From IMG/VR virus record IMGVR_UViG_3300048581_000044, positions 25,138 through 89,137 of that record: a stretch of DNA of 64,000 nucleotides; one strand, given 5' to 3'. This document shows, in pieces, positions 63,711-64,000 of the stretch (positions are counted from its first letter, which is position 1; the number at the start of each line of letters is the position of its first letter). Source of the DNA: a virus. Lineage: Duplodnaviria > Caudoviricetes. The notes under the pieces were generated by a model. The model ran no database searches. It saw only the letters and a list, made by a program, of their open reading frames with translations, and was not told the DNA's origin. Both the position numbers and the translations under genes were made by a program.

Positions 63711-63901
63711 TTTCGCATCGCTTCCGAGAGCAGGTTAACATCCGTAGGAAGGTCGTCAGCGTATGAGTCGCAGGAGTCCAAAGCAAGCATCCTACGGCCT
63801 TGGATAGTGCAAAATTTCTGTCCGTCATGGACGCAGCGTGCACAGGTGCCCCAGTAGGGGTCCTCGGATTGGTTCACGAGATCGCCTATGGCGGAGAGCA
63901 T
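63707..63901 (-). CDS. small Cys-rich protein
   Basis: CARC...C...C; ATGA overlap with the portal start. Confidence 0.55.
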   Translation of the reverse strand: MLSAIGDLVNQSEDPYWGTCARCVHDGQKFCTIQGRRMLALDSCDSYADDLPTDVNLLSEAMRK

Positions 63902-64000
63902 AAGCGCACGGGGATCGGTGGCGAGGGGCTGGGAGCTTTGAGACGCGGCAAGGTAGCCGGGGAGCTGGGAACGTTCGGGAGCCCAATCAGCCGGGAGGTG

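Noticed and set aside
1-64000. tRNA, rRNA, integrase or att sites
   Set aside because: None recognised by eye. The intergenic gaps are short and their hairpins lack cloverleaf/T-loop signatures; tRNAscan-SE would be needed to exclude them formally.

Overview
This window is a 64-kb segment of a contractile-tailed (myovirus-type) dsDNA phage genome. Spanins indicate a Gram-negative host, and the GcrA-like repeats and NYN/LabA protein type point to an alphaproteobacterium. The + strand from 1 to 17.9 kb is an early/replication arm. It encodes a permuted GHKL ATPase, an Nmad5-like protein, a NYN protein, a Cas4-like nuclease, a MazG-like protein, a RecD/Dda helicase, an AAA ATPase and an SSB-like protein. 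It also encodes a UDG-fused family A DNA polymerase that is split into two genes by a two-gene insert and carries an intein. The - strand from 18.1 to 63.9 kb is the late arm: intein-containing portal, prohead protease, scaffold, major capsid, neck, sheath, tube, chaperones, tape measure, baseplate, tail fibre and lysis genes. The head module resembles SPO1/Twort-type (Herelleviridae-like) proteins. The strongest candidates for something new are: (i) a dispersed phage glycosylation system, made of a 1251-aa FgtA/RfbC-like multi-domain glycosyltransferase, an RmlC/RmlD/SDR cassette inside the baseplate genes and two orphan SAM methyltransferases; (ii) eight late proteins with Sec-type signal peptides, several with fibre/spike-like sequence; (iii) a candidate anti-Shine-Dalgarno sRNA carrying AbcR-like motifs; (iv) a GCTA-N24-YANNNT late promoter motif found five times; (v) a candidate +1 frameshift at UCC_UUU_CGU in the tail chaperone gene. 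All family assignments come from motif recognition by eye; no database search was run. No tRNA, rRNA, CRISPR array, integrase or terminase was recognised in the window.
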